From NCBI RefSeq assembly GCF_902713615.1, contig NC_052152.1, positions 51,497,810 to 51,561,809 on the forward strand: a stretch of 64,000 nucleotides of DNA, given 5' to 3'. A model generated the notes under the pieces. The model saw only the letters and a program-made list of their open reading frames with translations, searched no databases and was not told the origin of the DNA. This document shows, one piece after another, positions 51,531 through 63,389 of the stretch. This stretch comes from Scyliorhinus canicula. Its lineage: Eukaryota. The translations under genes were made by a program, and so were the position numbers. Numbering within the stretch: the stretch's first letter is position 1; each line of letters begins with the position of its first letter.

Positions 51531-53945
51531 ACTAAGGCCACCGCCTGCGCAGCATAAATAGCCATGATGTGGACCTGTTGGACTTTAACCTGGTGTTGTA
51601 AGACTTCTTACAGCATAAATAGGCCACCCATCCACCCCGTCCCTAACCTCCCTCCAACACGCACAAGTGGGGCCAAATGGCCTCTTTCCATGTTGTAATC
51701 TCTATCATTGTTCTTTCCACCGCCGTGAAACTTTCTGGGTGGGGGGGATGGGTGGTTATTATAAAATGATTGTTACATTCACAGTTAAATACTTTCTGAA
51801 TAAATATATTCAGGAGCATTTCCGATATCGATTGTTCCACATCTACATATAACGTTACCACTCGCACTCAAATAGTCTGACTGATGGATAAACACAGATC
51901 ACATATATATTCAGTTTGTTATAAATATACACAACTACAAGAAACATTGAATAAAAACATACATTGCCGCTCAATCTTGCTCGATGTTAACGCGGAACAA
52001 TGAAACCTCCAACTCTGCTCAAACAGCGACATAAAAGTGGAAGTTGAGTGCCCAGAATTGAGTGCAACCACCTATGGAAAAGCAGCTTTCCAGCTCGTCA
52101 CTTGTGTCCAGGCAGACGGAGATTTTACAGGTTGCAAACCTTTTGGACCTCCCCTTAAACATGAGTGACAGACCATCCGGCTTTGAACCAGGACCGATAC
52201 AATTTCACTGCGGAAATGGGCAGCTATTGGTGCGTTTCTAACAAAATAGACACTTGAAAATCACAATAACGTGAAGAGTTAAGTATAGTGACGGTTAATT
52301 GTTGGATTTATGATTCGTTTTGTGACATAAATTACTGTACATATAAACATAGCTGAGTGAGTCCAGTTTACTCAATGAGTTTAGAGCGCCAGAAATCAAT
52401 TACATATGTGAAATTATTATTTACATATATTGTGACCCAAGTGGGCGTGTTAAAAACTGAGCAGTTACAGAAAAAGAATCGAAACTGAAAATGGACCGAT
52501 AATATTGGAAATGCCCTGAACTGCGCAGTATTGCCAGCTGTTTCAATTCTGATTTGCAGCATTCTCAATACAGAGCTCCTGCTGAAATTAGAAGACTTAC
52601 ATTTATACATGAAAGGAGAATAGTTAATGTACAGGCTGTACATTACAGCTGTCAGCTACACCCCACCCTCTGCCAATGCCAGGGGACTTCAAGCCAAAAA
52701 TCTGTGCCGAAGCCAATGTTACACATTCGACAACAAGGCTTTGCAAATTTGAAGATTCTACTATGGTAGATTTTCCATTTCATTCACACGAGTTTCTACT
52801 ACATTCCAATCAAGGGAAATATCAAGTAAAAGAATGGAGTTTATTCAAAGGAACAAACTGGAGAATGTGTGTTGGCAGCAATGTAATAAACAGCAGAAAT
52901 ATCCTGAACCTTTTTTGAGGTATTCAGTTGTCAAGAAGACTGTGTAAAGTGATGCAAGGTGGTATGTTCAGATTTCCAAAATGCATTTGACAAAATTCTT
53001 CTATTTATCTCTGAAGGTGAAATGGCTGAGAGTAAAAGGAATGAGCTAGTTAGATTTTCATCAATGTGGGAAAATGTAGTTTTGTTAGAAACAGCTTAAG
53101 GTTTCAGCTTTGAGACAGGGTCACCTGGACTCAAAACTTTAGCTATTTTCTATCCCTACAGATGCTGCCAGACCTGCTAAGATTTTCCAGCATTTTCTCT
53201 TTGGTTTCAGATTCCAGCAGCCACAGTAATTTGTTTTTATATAGCTTAAAGTTTAATTTCTCTAGAAATAAGCCAACAAAATAATGTATCCTTAGGTAAT
53301 GTTAACTATTGCTAGTTGAAAAAGGCTACGATTCCTTCATAATAGTCCAAGCACTGGATAGACACTAAAAACAAATAACCATATCGCACAGTATTGTCGT
53401 TGTATTGAGCCTTGTTCAATACTCCAAGAGACAACAGGATAGACATTATGAACAGCTCACTAACAGCCCTTAGCAAAAAGCTTTAGACATAAATAGCTGA
53501 TAACCAACTAAAGACATGATTTTATTGCTTGAAGGCCAGAAATTAGATGTGAGGGAGTTATAAAATCAGTCATGGGAAACAGCCTATTTATGGCGCATTG
53601 CATGGAATGTACAATATAGTCCAGGCCATTCTCCCAACAGTCCATGCCAGCGTCCATGCTCCACTTGGGCCTCCTTGCATCTTTACACAGCTATACCCAC
53701 CATTCTAACTATCTATTAACTTCACCCTCGTCTACTGTCTAGTTTTTCCTTAAACTAATCAATCACTTCAACCACTCCCTGTGGGAGCAGGTTCCAAACT
53801 CTTCGCACTTTTGTCTGATGATCTTTCTTTTGAATTCACGATTGGTTGTCTTAATGATTATCTGACATTGATGGCCTCCAGGCTGAGGAAATGTGATGTA
53901 AAAGCCTGGTTGATCAAGGCTAGAAGGTATTTCTGGAAGTTCAAG
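51268..53945. repeat. Local segmental duplication, unit A
   Basis: Colinear with 54936-56193 + 60738-61838 + 63390-63477, including the same SINE copy with shared diagnostic bases (ccttccacaaatgtcgaaagacatgc). Confidence 0.9.
51957..52516 (-). promoter_or_regulatory. Candidate promoter and first exon, copy A
   Basis: GAGCGGCAAT|gtatgt (exon ends 51963) completes ATG with the leader exon. Upstream: CCAAT (52226-52230), IRF-type GAAACTGAAA (52481-52490), kB-like GGAAATGCCC (52507-52516). Confidence 0.45.
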
Positions 53946-53950
53946 TCGCT

Positions 53951-54331
53951 AAAAACATACATTGCCGCTCAATCTTGTCGGATATTAATGCGGAACAATG
54001 AAAGCTCCAACTCTGCTCAAACAGCCACACAAAACTGGGAGTTGAGTGAAACCACCTATGGAAAAACAGCTTTCGAGCCTCGTCACTTGTGTCAAGGCAG
54101 ACGGAGATTTTACAGGTTATAAACCTACTGTGTTGGACACCCCCTTAAACATGAGTGAAGACGGTTTTAAAACAGAACGAGTACAATATTTCACTGCGGA
54201 AATTAATTATGTATAGTGACAGGATGGTTCATTATTGGATTTGTGACATAAATTACTGTACATATAAATATAGCTGAGTCCAGTTTATTTCACATATGTG
54301 GAATTATTATTACTTTACATTGTGTGTTTAT
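53951..54331 (-). promoter_or_regulatory. Diverged promoter/first-exon copy C
   Basis: Visibly homologous to about 51950-52430; keeps GCGGCAAT|gtatgt (exon ends 53961), lacks the CCAAT segment, truncated by a hAT MITE. Confidence 0.35.
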
Positions 54332-54564
54332 CAGCGCCGGCCCTAGGGTTGCTGGCGCCCCGGGCAAGCTGAACTTCGGCGCCCTTGGGGGGGGGGCCGG
54401 GTGGGGGGCCGAGGGGGGGGGCCGAGGGAGGGGGGGCGGGGCCGAGGGAGGGGGGGCCGAGGGAGGGGGGGCCGAGGGAGGGGGGGCCGAGGGAGGGGGG
54501 GCCGAGGGAGGGGGGGCGGGGCCGAGGGAGGGCCAAGGGGGGGGCGGGGCCGAGGGAGGGGGGG

Positions 54565-54607
<43 letters not shown>

Positions 54608-54794
54608 CGGGGGGGGACCGAGGCGGGGGGAGCGGACCGAGCGGGGGGGGCCGCCCTGGGGGAGGGCGGCCACCGCGCATGCGCTGGTTGGCACCGGCCC
54701 AACTGCGCATGCGCGAGACCCAAGTCTCTGGCGCCCCCTAGCACATGGCGCCCTGGGCGACTGCCCGAGTTGCCGGTGCCTTGAGCCGGCCCTG
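54332..54794 (-). mobile_element. Second copy of the same hAT-type MITE
   Basis: Reverse orientation of 2318-2728; perfect 8-bp TSD GTGTTTAT; internal gccgagggaggggg repeats and a long poly(G) run. Confidence 0.9.
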
Positions 54795-55490
54795 GTGTTT
54801 ATTGTATGTCCTACCTTTCTCATGTATAGAACAATCTGCCTGGTCTGTATACAGGCCAACACTTTTCACTGCGTCTCAGTACACGTGACAATAAATCTAA
54901 ATCTACATATATTACAAATGGATTTCAATCCAGATACAGCTCCAGGGACCCAGGTTCGATTCCCGGCTTGGGCCACTGTCTGTGCGGAGTCTGCTCGTTC
55001 TCCCTGTGTTTGCCTGGGTTTCCTCCAGGTTTTCCGGTTTCCTTCCACAAATGTCGAAAGACATGCTTATTAGGTGTATTGGAGATTCTGAATTCTCCCT
55101 CTGTGTACCCGATCAGGAGCCGGATAGTGACTAGGGGATTTCACTAGGGGATTAAACAGGCCACCCATCCACCCAGTCCCGAACCTCCCTCCAACACGCA
55201 CAAGTGGGGCCGAATGGCCTCTTTCCATGTTGTAATCTCTATCATTGTTCTTTCCACCGCCGTGAAACTTTCTGGGTGGGGGGGGGGGGTTATTATAAAA
55301 TGATTGTTACATTCACAGTTAAATACTTTCTGAATAAATATACCCAGGAGAATTTCCGATATCGATTGTTCCACATCTACATATAACGTTACCACTCGCA
55401 ATCAAATAGTCTGACTGATGGATAAACACAGATCACATATATATTCAGTTTGTTATAAATATACACATCTACAAGAAACATTGAATAAAA

Positions 55491-56046
55491 ACATACATTG
55501 CCGCTCAATCTTGCTCGATGTTAACGCGAAACAATGAAACCTCCAACTCTGCTCAAACAGCGACATAAAAGTGGAAGTTGAGTGCCCAGAATTGAGTTAA
55601 ACCACCTATGGAAAAGCAGCTTTCCAGCTCGTCACTTGTGTCCAGGCAGACGGAGATTTTACAGGTTGCAAACCTTTTGGACCGCCCCTTAAACATGAGT
55701 GACAGACCATCCGGCTTTGAACCAGGACCGATACAATTTCACTGCGGAAATGGGCAGCTATTGGTGTGTTTCTAACAAAATAAACACTTGAAAATCACAA
55801 TAACGTGAAGAGTTAAGTATAGTGACGGTTAATTGTTGGATTTATGATTCGTTTTGTGACATAAATTACTGTACATATAAACATAGCTGAGTGAGTCCAG
55901 TTTACTCAATGAATAAGTTTAGAGCGCCAGGAATCAATTACCTATGTGAAATAATTATTTACATACATTGTGACCCAAGTGGGCGAGTTAAAAACTGAGC
56001 AGTTACAGAAAAAGAAACGAAACTGATAATGGACCGATTATATTGG
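55491..56046 (-). promoter_or_regulatory. Promoter/first-exon copy B
   Basis: Near-identical to copy A; donor after 55497; IRF-like tract altered to GAAACGAAACTGATA. Confidence 0.4.
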
Positions 56047-56193
56047 AAATGCCCTGAACTGCGCAGTATTGGCAGCTGTTTCAATTCTGATTTACAGCAT
56101 TCTCAATACAGAGCTCCTGCTGAAATTAGAAGACTTACATTTATACATGAAAGGAGAATAGTTAATGTACAGGCTGTAAATTTGAGCTGTCCC

Positions 56194-59100
56194 TGTGGTG
56201 AATGTAATATGATAATTCACACTGTCTTTGTAAGCGCAGTAGCGTTATCTGACCACTAGGGGGAGTAGCTCTGGGAATGCTCGAGATTGTACAGGGCTCC
56301 ACCCTTGGCTCCGCCCATGACTCCTCCCCCTAGTGCTGCTGTATAAATACCCTTGTCCAGAGTCAGCCTGCAGTTCACTGAGAGTTCATCAACGGGTAAC
56401 AGGCTGGCTCTGTAATAAGTCGATTAAAGCCTATATTCATATCGGAAACACGTGTCTGGTGACTTGATGGTTCCATCAATTTAATCGACTTAAGAACAGC
56501 AAGATCAATCATGGAATCAGCCCTCAAGCCTGGACGCCTGGAACTCGACTCGCAGGATGCAGAGGCTAAAGAAATCTTCTCCCACTGGCTGCGGTGCATC
56601 AAGGCCTACCTGGCAGAAGCGAGCACAGCCGAAACGACAGAGGAACAGAAGTTGAGTCTATTGCACGCGAGGGTGAGCCACAGAATCTCTACACAACTAA
56701 ACTCGGCCGGTTCATATACTGCGGCGCTAGCAGTACTCGATAAGATATATGTGAGGCCCATTAACGAAGCTTACGCACGCCATGTGTTCACGACTCGCCG
56801 CCAACGGCCTACAGAATCACTCGCCGAATTTCTAAGGGAATTCAATAATTTGTTAAATGACTGTAATTATGAAGCTGTTACCGTGGCTGATCACCGAGAA
56901 CTTGCTGTACGCGATGTTTTTGTAGCGGGCCTCAGGTCTAATTATGTGCGCCAACAATTGTTGGAGAAGGGGGCCAAAGACTTAGGAATGACTGTGGAAG
57001 CTGCTACCACGATGGAGGTCTCCTTGCGCAGCCTTAACTCGTTCCCCGCGGACCCCGCGACCCAATCATGGGCCCGACCAGACGACTCCCCCAGGCCTGT
57101 GCTACCGCCGGTCGCATGCACACCATGCTGCCTCAGCAGGCCACTATGCTGCTTCCGGCCAGACCAGCACCCGCGTCAGCACTGCCCGGCCGCCAAACGG
57201 CACCTGCAGCAGCAGCAGCTGCGGCGGAAAGGCCAGTACGCTAAGAGTGGTGCCTCGCAAAAAGGGCCCCAGCTTCCAACTCCCCAGCGGCACGAAGTAT
57301 CGCTCCCCAGGTCCCGCGGGCCCAAAAACGCTGCACCTATGCCCCGATCTCCGCCCCATCCAGCCACCTGCAATCCATGGGAGGCCGCCATCTGGACGCA
57401 AACACTCCACCACGTGGCCGGGGCCACGTGCGACTCATGGGGGCCGCCATCTTGGACGCCACCTTCCTCTGCCGCCCGCACTACGTGCAATCCACGGGCC
57501 CGACCTGCATCTCCCGCGCTCGGACCACTCATCGGAAGAATACGACTATGAACTCAGAGGGCAGTCATCATGGGGCCACTCCGGCACAGCTGATCGAGCC
57601 GCCGACTACCCGCAACTCAGCGCAGTCACTCTGGACCAATCACGCCTGAAGCATCTGCGAAATTCGATGGCAGAGGTCCAAATCAACGGGTACAAAACGC
57701 CATGCCTCTTCGACTCCGGGAGCACTGAGAGCTTCATACATCCAGACCTGGTAAGACGCTGTTCGCTCCCCGTTTTCCCCGTGCAGCAAACTATCTCGCT
57801 TGCTTCAGGCTCCCATTCGGTCCAAATCCAGGGGCGCACCGCCGCGGCACTCACAATCCGAGGCGCTAGCTACTCAAAATTCAAACTCTACGTTTTGCCC
57901 GAACTCTGCGCGCCACTCTTATTAGGCCGAGAGTTCCAATGTAACCTCAAGAGCCTCACCCTCAGCTTCGGCGGGTCCCTGCCCCCACTCACTATCTGCA
58001 GCCTCGCTACGCTGCGAATCCCCCCCCCCCTCCTCTCTTCGCCAATCTCACAAAGGACTGTAAACCCGTAGCCACTCATAGCAGGCGGTATAGCCTGCAG
58101 GATAGGGTATTTATCAGAGCAGAGGTCCGAAGGCTTCTCAGTGAGGGGATTATAGAGGCCAGCAATAGTCCCTGGAGAGCTCAGGTGGTGGTCGTTAAGA
58201 CCGGGGGAAAATTCCGCATGGTTGTCGACTATAGTCAGACCATAAATAGATTTACGCTCCTCGACGCATATCCCCTCCCCAGGATTGCAGACATGGTAAA
58301 CCAGATCGGCCAGTACCGGCTCTTTTCCACGGCGGATCTGAAGTCTGCATACCACCAGCTCCCAATCCGCCCGGAGGACCGCCACTACACGGCATTCGAG
58401 GCCAATGGCCGCCTCTTCCATTTCCTCTGGGTCCGTTTCGGCGTCACTAATGGGGACTCGGTGTTCCAACGAGCAATGGACCGAATGGTGGACCAGTACG
58501 GGCTGCTGGCCACGTTTCTGTACTTGGACAATGTCACCATCTGCGGCTATGACCAGCAGGACCACGACGCCAACCTCCACCGATTTCTCCAGACGGCACA
58601 GAAACTGAATCTCACGTATAACAAGGAGAAATGAGTTTTCCGCACAACCAGACTAGCCATCCTTGGCTATGTCGTGGAAAACGGAGTCCTGGGCCCAGAC
58701 CCGGACCGTATGCGCCCCCTCTTAGATCTCCCCCTCCCCCATTGCCCTCAAACAGTGCTTGGGTTTCTTTTCCTACTACGCCCAATGGGTCCCTCAATAT
58801 GCGGACAAAGCCCGCCCACTCTTTAGGGCCACGCGATTTCCCCTGTCAGCCGAGGCACGCCAGGCCTTTGACGGCATCAAGGAAGACATCGCCAAAGCGG
58901 TCATGCGGGCGGTGGATGAATCCACTCCATTTCAGGTAGAGAGCGATGCCTCAGAGGTAGCTCTTGCAGCCACATTAAATCAGGCAGGGAGACCAGTCGC
59001 ATTCTTCTCCCGTACACTCTCCGCTTCAGAACTCCGACACTCCTCAGTCGGGAAAGAAGCACAAGCCATTGTGGAGGCTATCCGTTACTGGAGGCACTAC

Positions 59101-60737
59101 CTACCAGGTAGGAGGTTCACCCTCATCACCGACCAAAGATCGGTTGCCTTCATGTTCGACAACTCGCAAAGGGGCAAAATTAAAAACGACAAAATTCTGA
59201 GGTGGAGGATCGAACTCTCCACCTACAATTACGACATTAAGTATCGACCCGGGAAGCTCAACGAGCCTCCGGATGCCCTATCCCGCGGGACATGCGCCAG
59301 CGCACAGATTGACCGATTGAAAATCATCCACAATGACCTCTGCCACCCGGGGGGTCACCCGGCTTGCCCACTACATCAGGGCCCGAAACCTGCCTTTCTC
59401 CAACGAGGAGGTAAAAGCGGTCACCAGGGACTGCCCGATCTCTGAAGAGTGCAAACCGCACTTCTATAGACCAGACAGGGCCCACCTGGTCAAGGCTTCT
59501 AGGCCCTTTGAACGCCTTGTGATTGATTTCAAAGGGCCACTCCCCTCAACTAACAAGAACGTTTACTTTTTAAACGTCGTAGATGAGTTCTCCCATTTCC
59601 CATTCGCTATCCCGTGCTACGACATGACCTCCCACACAGTCATTAGGGCCCTGCATAGCATCTTCACCCTGTTTGGTTTCCCCAGCTACGTACACAGCGA
59701 CCGGGGTTCGTCCTTCATGAGCGACGCGCTGCGTCAGTACCTGCTCGACAAGGGCATTGCCTCGAGCAGGACTACCAGCTACAACCCCAGGGGGAACGGG
59801 CAGGTGGAGAGGGAGAACACGACGGTCTGGAAGACCGTCCTACTGACTCTCCGGTCGAGAGAGCTCCAAGTCTCCCAGTGGCATGAAGTCCTCCCAGACG
59901 CGCTCCACGCTATTAGGTCCCTTTTGTGCACAGCGACCAATCAGACCCCTCACGAGAGGCTCTTCATTTTTTCCAGGGGCACTACCACGGGGGTCTCACT
60001 TCCGGCATGGCTGAGGACACCGGGCCCCGTACTTCTGAGGAAACACATCAGGGCACACAAAACCGACCCCCTTGTTGAAAAGGTGCGCCTGCTCCACTCC
60101 AACCCCCAGTACGCATTCGGCGAGTTCCCTAACGGCCGTCAGGACACGGTATCCCTCCGGGATCTGGCACCCACCGGATCCAGCGCCCCCTCTACCCCCA
60201 CAGAAGGACCTCTCACCCTACACCCCATGCTGCCGCCCCCTCCAGTCCCCGGTTGAGAGTATGAAGCTCAGATACAACCCTCCCTGGAGTCCGCCATCGT
60301 ACCCCAGCACACAAGACCCATCCAGCCACCGCAAGAGGCTGCAACCCCGGTGCTCTGCAGATCACAGCGGACAATTCGACCACCGGACAGACTGAAGTTG
60401 TAGACCACCACCCCCGCCGGACTTGATTTTTTTTTTGCAGGGGGTGAATGTGGTGAATGTAACATGATAATTCACACTATGTCTTTGTAAGCACAGTAGT
60501 GTTATCTGACCACTAGGGGGAGTAACTCTGGGAATGCTCAGGAGATTGTACAGGACTCCACCCTTGGCTCCGCCCACGACTCCTCTCCCTCGTGCTGATG
60601 TATAAATACCCTTGTCCAGAGTCAGCCTGCAGTTCACTGAGAGTTCATCAACGGGTAACAGGCTGGCTCTGTAGTAAGTCGATTAAAGCCTATATTCATA
60701 TCGGAAACACGTGTCTGGTGAATTGATGGTTCCATCA
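56194..60737 (+). mobile_element. Full-length but defective Gypsy/Ty3 LTR retrotransposon (element 2)
   Basis: LTRs 56194-56478 and 60449-60737 (TG...CA). gag from 56511, protease LFDSGST, RT, RNase H ESDAS...DALSR, integrase IDFKGP/HSDRG/QVERE. PPT-like gcagggggtgaa; several frameshifts and a stop. The empty site is visible in unit A. Confidence 0.95.
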
Positions 60738-61838
60738 GTCAGCTACACCCCATCCTCTGCCAATGCCAGGTGACTTCAAGCCAAAAATCTGTGCCGAACT
60801 CAATGTTACACATTCGACAGCAAGGTTTTGCAAATTTGAAGATTCTAATATGATAGATTTTCCATTTCATTCACACAAGTTTCTGCCACATTCCAATCAA
60901 GGGAAATATTAAGAAAAATAATGGAGTTTATTCAAAGGAACAAACTGGAGGATTTGTGTTGGTTGCAATGTAATAAACAGCAGGAATATCCTGATCCACC
61001 AGTATCCTTAACCTTTTTTGAGGTATTCATTTGTCAAGAAGACTATGTAAAGTGATACAAGGTGGTACTTTCAGATTGCCAAAATGCATTTGACAAAATT
61101 CTTCTATTTATCTCTGAAGGTTAAATGGCTGAGGGTAAAAAGAATGAGCTGGCTGGAGTTTTATCAATTTGGGGAAGTTTAGTTTTATTAGAAACAGCTT
61201 AAAGTTTCATTTCTCTAGAAACAAGCCAACAAAATAATTATTCTTGGGTGATGTCAACTGTTGCTGGTTGGAAAAGGCTACGATTCCTTCATAATAGTCC
61301 AAGCACTGGATAGACACTGAAAACAAATAACCATACCGCACAGCATTGTCGGTGTTTTTAATTTTGTCCAATAGAGAATGAGCCCACTTCAACAGGATAG
61401 ACATTATGAACAGCTCGTTAACAGCCCTTAGTGAAGAGCTTTAGACATAAATAGCTAATAACCCAAACAATAAAATTGTGTCTATTAGTTAAAGGCCAGA
61501 AATGAGGTGTGAGGGAGTTGTAAAATCAGTCAAAGGATCAGCCGACAGATGTTGAGTTACTTGGAATATACAAAAGAGAAACAGGTCATTCGCCCCAGCA
61601 GTCCATGGCAGTGTCCATGCTCCACTTGGGCTTCTTCGCAACTTTACACAGCTATACCCACCATTCTAACCATCGATTAACTTCATCCTCGTCTGCTGTA
61701 GTTTTGCCTTAAATGAATCAATCCTATTCGCTTCAACCATTCCCTGATGAGAGCAGGTTCCAAACTCTTCGCACTTTTGTCTGATGATCTTTTTTCTGAA
61801 TTCCTGACTGGTTATACTGCTGAATATCTGGCATTGAT

Positions 61839-63389
61839 TTTTAAAAAAAAATAATTTTTATTGAAATTTTTTGAAAAATGTATAGTAACAGAATAATAAC
61901 AATAATAAACACCCCCCGGCACCCGTAACAAAGCATTTAACAAACCCCCCCCCCACCCCCCCACCCCCAACCCAATAAACAACAAAATAAATTAACAATA
62001 ATGAAATTAACATAAACAATACCCCCCTGAAACCTCCCCCCCCCCCCCCCCCCCCCGGGTTCCTGCTGCTGCTGACCTAGTTCCCTATCATTGAGCCAGA
62101 AAGTCGAGGAAAGGCTGCCACCGCCTAAAGAACCCTTGTACCGACCCCCTCAGGGCAAATTTGACCTTCTCCAGCTTAATGAATCCCGCCATGTCATTGA
62201 TCCAGGTCTCCACGCTCGGAGGTCTCGCATCTTTCCATTGCAACAAGATCCTCCGCCGGGCTACTAGGGACGCAAAGGCCAAAACACCGGCCTCTTTCGC
62301 CTCCTGCACTCCCGGCTCCACCACAATCCCAAATATCGCGAGTCCCCAGCCTGGTTTGACCCTGGATCCTACCACCCTCGACACCGTCCTTGTTACCCCC
62401 TTCCAGAATTTCTCCAGTGCCGGGCATGCCCAAAACATATGGGCATGGTTCGCTGGGCTCCCCGAACACCTGATGCGCCTGTCCTCACCCCCAAAAAACC
62501 TGCTCATCCTCATCCCGGACCGTATATAAGCCCTGTGCAGTACCTTGAACTGGATGAGGCCAAGCCTCGCACATGAAGAGGAGGAGTTCACCCTCTCCAG
62601 GGCGTCCGCCCATGTCCCCTTCCTCAATCTGCTCCCCCAGCTCCACTTCCCACGTAGCCTTCAGCTCCTCTACCGACGCCTCCTCCACCTCCTGCATCAC
62701 CTGGTAGATGTCAGACACCTTCCCATCCCCGACCCACACCCCCGAAAGCACCCTATCCCTTACCCCTCCCCCCCCCCCGGGGGCAGCAAAGATAACCCCT
62801 CCACCTGCCGCCTAGCAAACGCCTTGACCTGAAGGTACCTGAACATATTCCCTGGGAGGAGCTCAAACTTCTCCTCTAGCTCACCCAGGCTCGCAAACCT
62901 ACCGTCAATGAACAGGTCTCACAACTTCCTTATGCCCGCCCTGTGCCACCCCAGGAACCCGCCATCAATGTTCCCTGGGACAAACCGGTGGTTACCCCGC
63001 AGCGGGGCCTCCACCGAGCCCCCCACTTCCCCCCTGTGTCGCCTCCACTGCCCCCAAATCTTGAGGGTAGCCGCCACCACCAGGCTCATGGTGTACCTTG
63101 TTGGAGGGAGCGTCAATGGCGCTGTTACCAGTGCCTTCAGGCTCGTGCTTCCACAGGATACCATCTCCATCCGTTTCCATGCTGCCGCCTCACCATCCAT
63201 TACCCACTTGCGTACCATCGAGACGTTAGCCGCCCAATAGTACCAAGAGAGGTTGGGCAGTGCCAGCCCCCCTCTATCCCTGCCCCGCTCCAAAAAGACC
63301 CTCCTCACCCTCGGAGTCCCGTGCGCCCAAACAAATCCCGTGATGCTGCTGTTCACCCTCCTAAAAAAGGCCCTCGGAATGAAAATGGC
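61839..63389 (-). mobile_element. 5'-truncated L1 in duplication unit B
   Basis: ORF2 C-terminal homology; TSD ATATCTG(G/A)CATTGAT; empty site present in unit A near 53860. Confidence 0.93.

Noticed and set aside
52100-52240. MHC-type SXY module in the candidate promoter
   Set aside because: TGACG and CCAAT are present but about 110 bp apart and not in X2-Y order or spacing.
52595-52612. Alternative AT|gtaagt donor (exon ending 52601; also in unit B)
   Set aside because: It would also complete an ATG, but in poor context and behind an out-of-frame ATG TAT AAA TGA; it is absent from copy C. Not excluded without RNA data.
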